Origin: Clostridiaceae bacterium | GTDB lineage: Bacteria > Bacillota > Clostridia > DSM-8532 | Reading direction: 5' to 3' | Length of the DNA: 24,000 bases | Assembly (NCBI GenBank): GCA_012516065.1 | Contig: JAAYXD010000144.1 | Span: forward strand, 4,577-28,576 | Shown: piece after piece, positions 23,619 through 24,000 of the stretch | Layout: each line of letters opens with the position of its first letter | Position numbering within the stretch: position 1 is the first letter of the stretch | The notes under the pieces: generated by a model | The model's input: only the letters and a program-made list of their open reading frames with translations | What the model was told of the DNA's origin: nothing | The model's database searches: none | Made by a program: the position numbers and the translations under genes

Positions 23619-24000
23619 CTATGTATTATGGGATTTTAATTTTCCGTTGTCCATTTGATAAACATGTTTTCCATAGTGAATGGTACTAAGATCATGGGTA
23701 ACCAACAGAACCGCCGTACCTTCATTGGCGATATCGGAAAACAGTTGCATAACTTCATAAGTAGTCTGCGCATCCAAATCATTTGTAGGTTCATCGGCCA
23801 AAAGAAGTTTCGGTTTATTCATAAGTGCCCTGGCTATGGTGACCCGCCTAAGTTCACCCCCGGACAAATGCTGTGGATAGGCATTGGCCAAATGTGCAAT
23901 GCCGACCTGCTCCAAAAGGGATAGGGCTCTCTTATTTACATCTCCTTGACGTTTTTGTAAATAATGCGGCAAACGGACGTTATCGAAAACGGACAAATTC
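23619..24000 (-). CDS. ABC transporter ATP-binding protein (LolD/FtsE/MacB-like), 3' part only; the 5' end lies beyond the window
   Basis: The signature is 'LSGGELRRVTIARAL', Walker B is 'LLLADEPTNDLD' and the H-loop is 'VTHD'. No Walker A is present. The listed start is a TTG in the middle of the conserved 'L..FDNV.LP' region, so the gene continues past nt 24000. Confidence 0.85.
   Translation of the reverse strand, partial: NLSVFDNVRLPHYLQKRQGDVNKRALSLLEQVGIAHLANAYPQHLSGGELRRVTIARALMNKPKLLLADEPTNDLDAQTTYEVMQLFSDIANEGTAVLLVTHDLSTIHYGKHVYQMDNGKLKSHNT

Overview
The window looks like chromosomal DNA from an anaerobic Firmicute, probably a Clostridia-type organism. This is inferred from GGAGG-type ribosome-binding sites, TTG starts, lipoprotein substrate-binding proteins and oxygen-sensitive radical enzymes. 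I saw no rRNA, tRNA, CRISPR array, transposase or integrase. Left to right there are five blocks. (1) A YesM/YesN-like two-component pair on the + strand (1-2304), cut at its 5' end by the window edge. (2) A 9-kb minus-strand nucleoside uptake and catabolism operon (11710 down to 2530). Its order is deoD, BMP-family lipoprotein, a YjjI-family glycyl-radical enzyme with its YjjW-family activase, a duplicated ABC ATPase, two permeases, cdd and deoC. (3) An AT-rich spacer holding one orphan + strand gene (12386-13129) with its own promoter and terminator. (4) A 10-kb minus-strand cluster (23514 down to 13481). It combines nitrogenase-like genes (NifD-like, NifK-like, NifX-domain, NifB-like, NifH-like) with an SSAT-like GNAT acetyltransferase, O-acetylhomoserine sulfhydrylase and a NitT/TauT (sulfonate/taurine-type) ABC importer. 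(5) The 3' part of another ABC ATPase gene at the right edge. Two items are most worth follow-up. One is the nitrogenase-like, sulfur-linked cluster, which includes a Cys/Met-rich 29-codon upstream ORF and paired direct repeats in its only internal spacer. The other is the function-unknown YjjI/YjjW glycyl-radical pair sitting inside a nucleoside transporter operon. All functional calls rest on motif recognition by eye. No database search or computed statistic was available.
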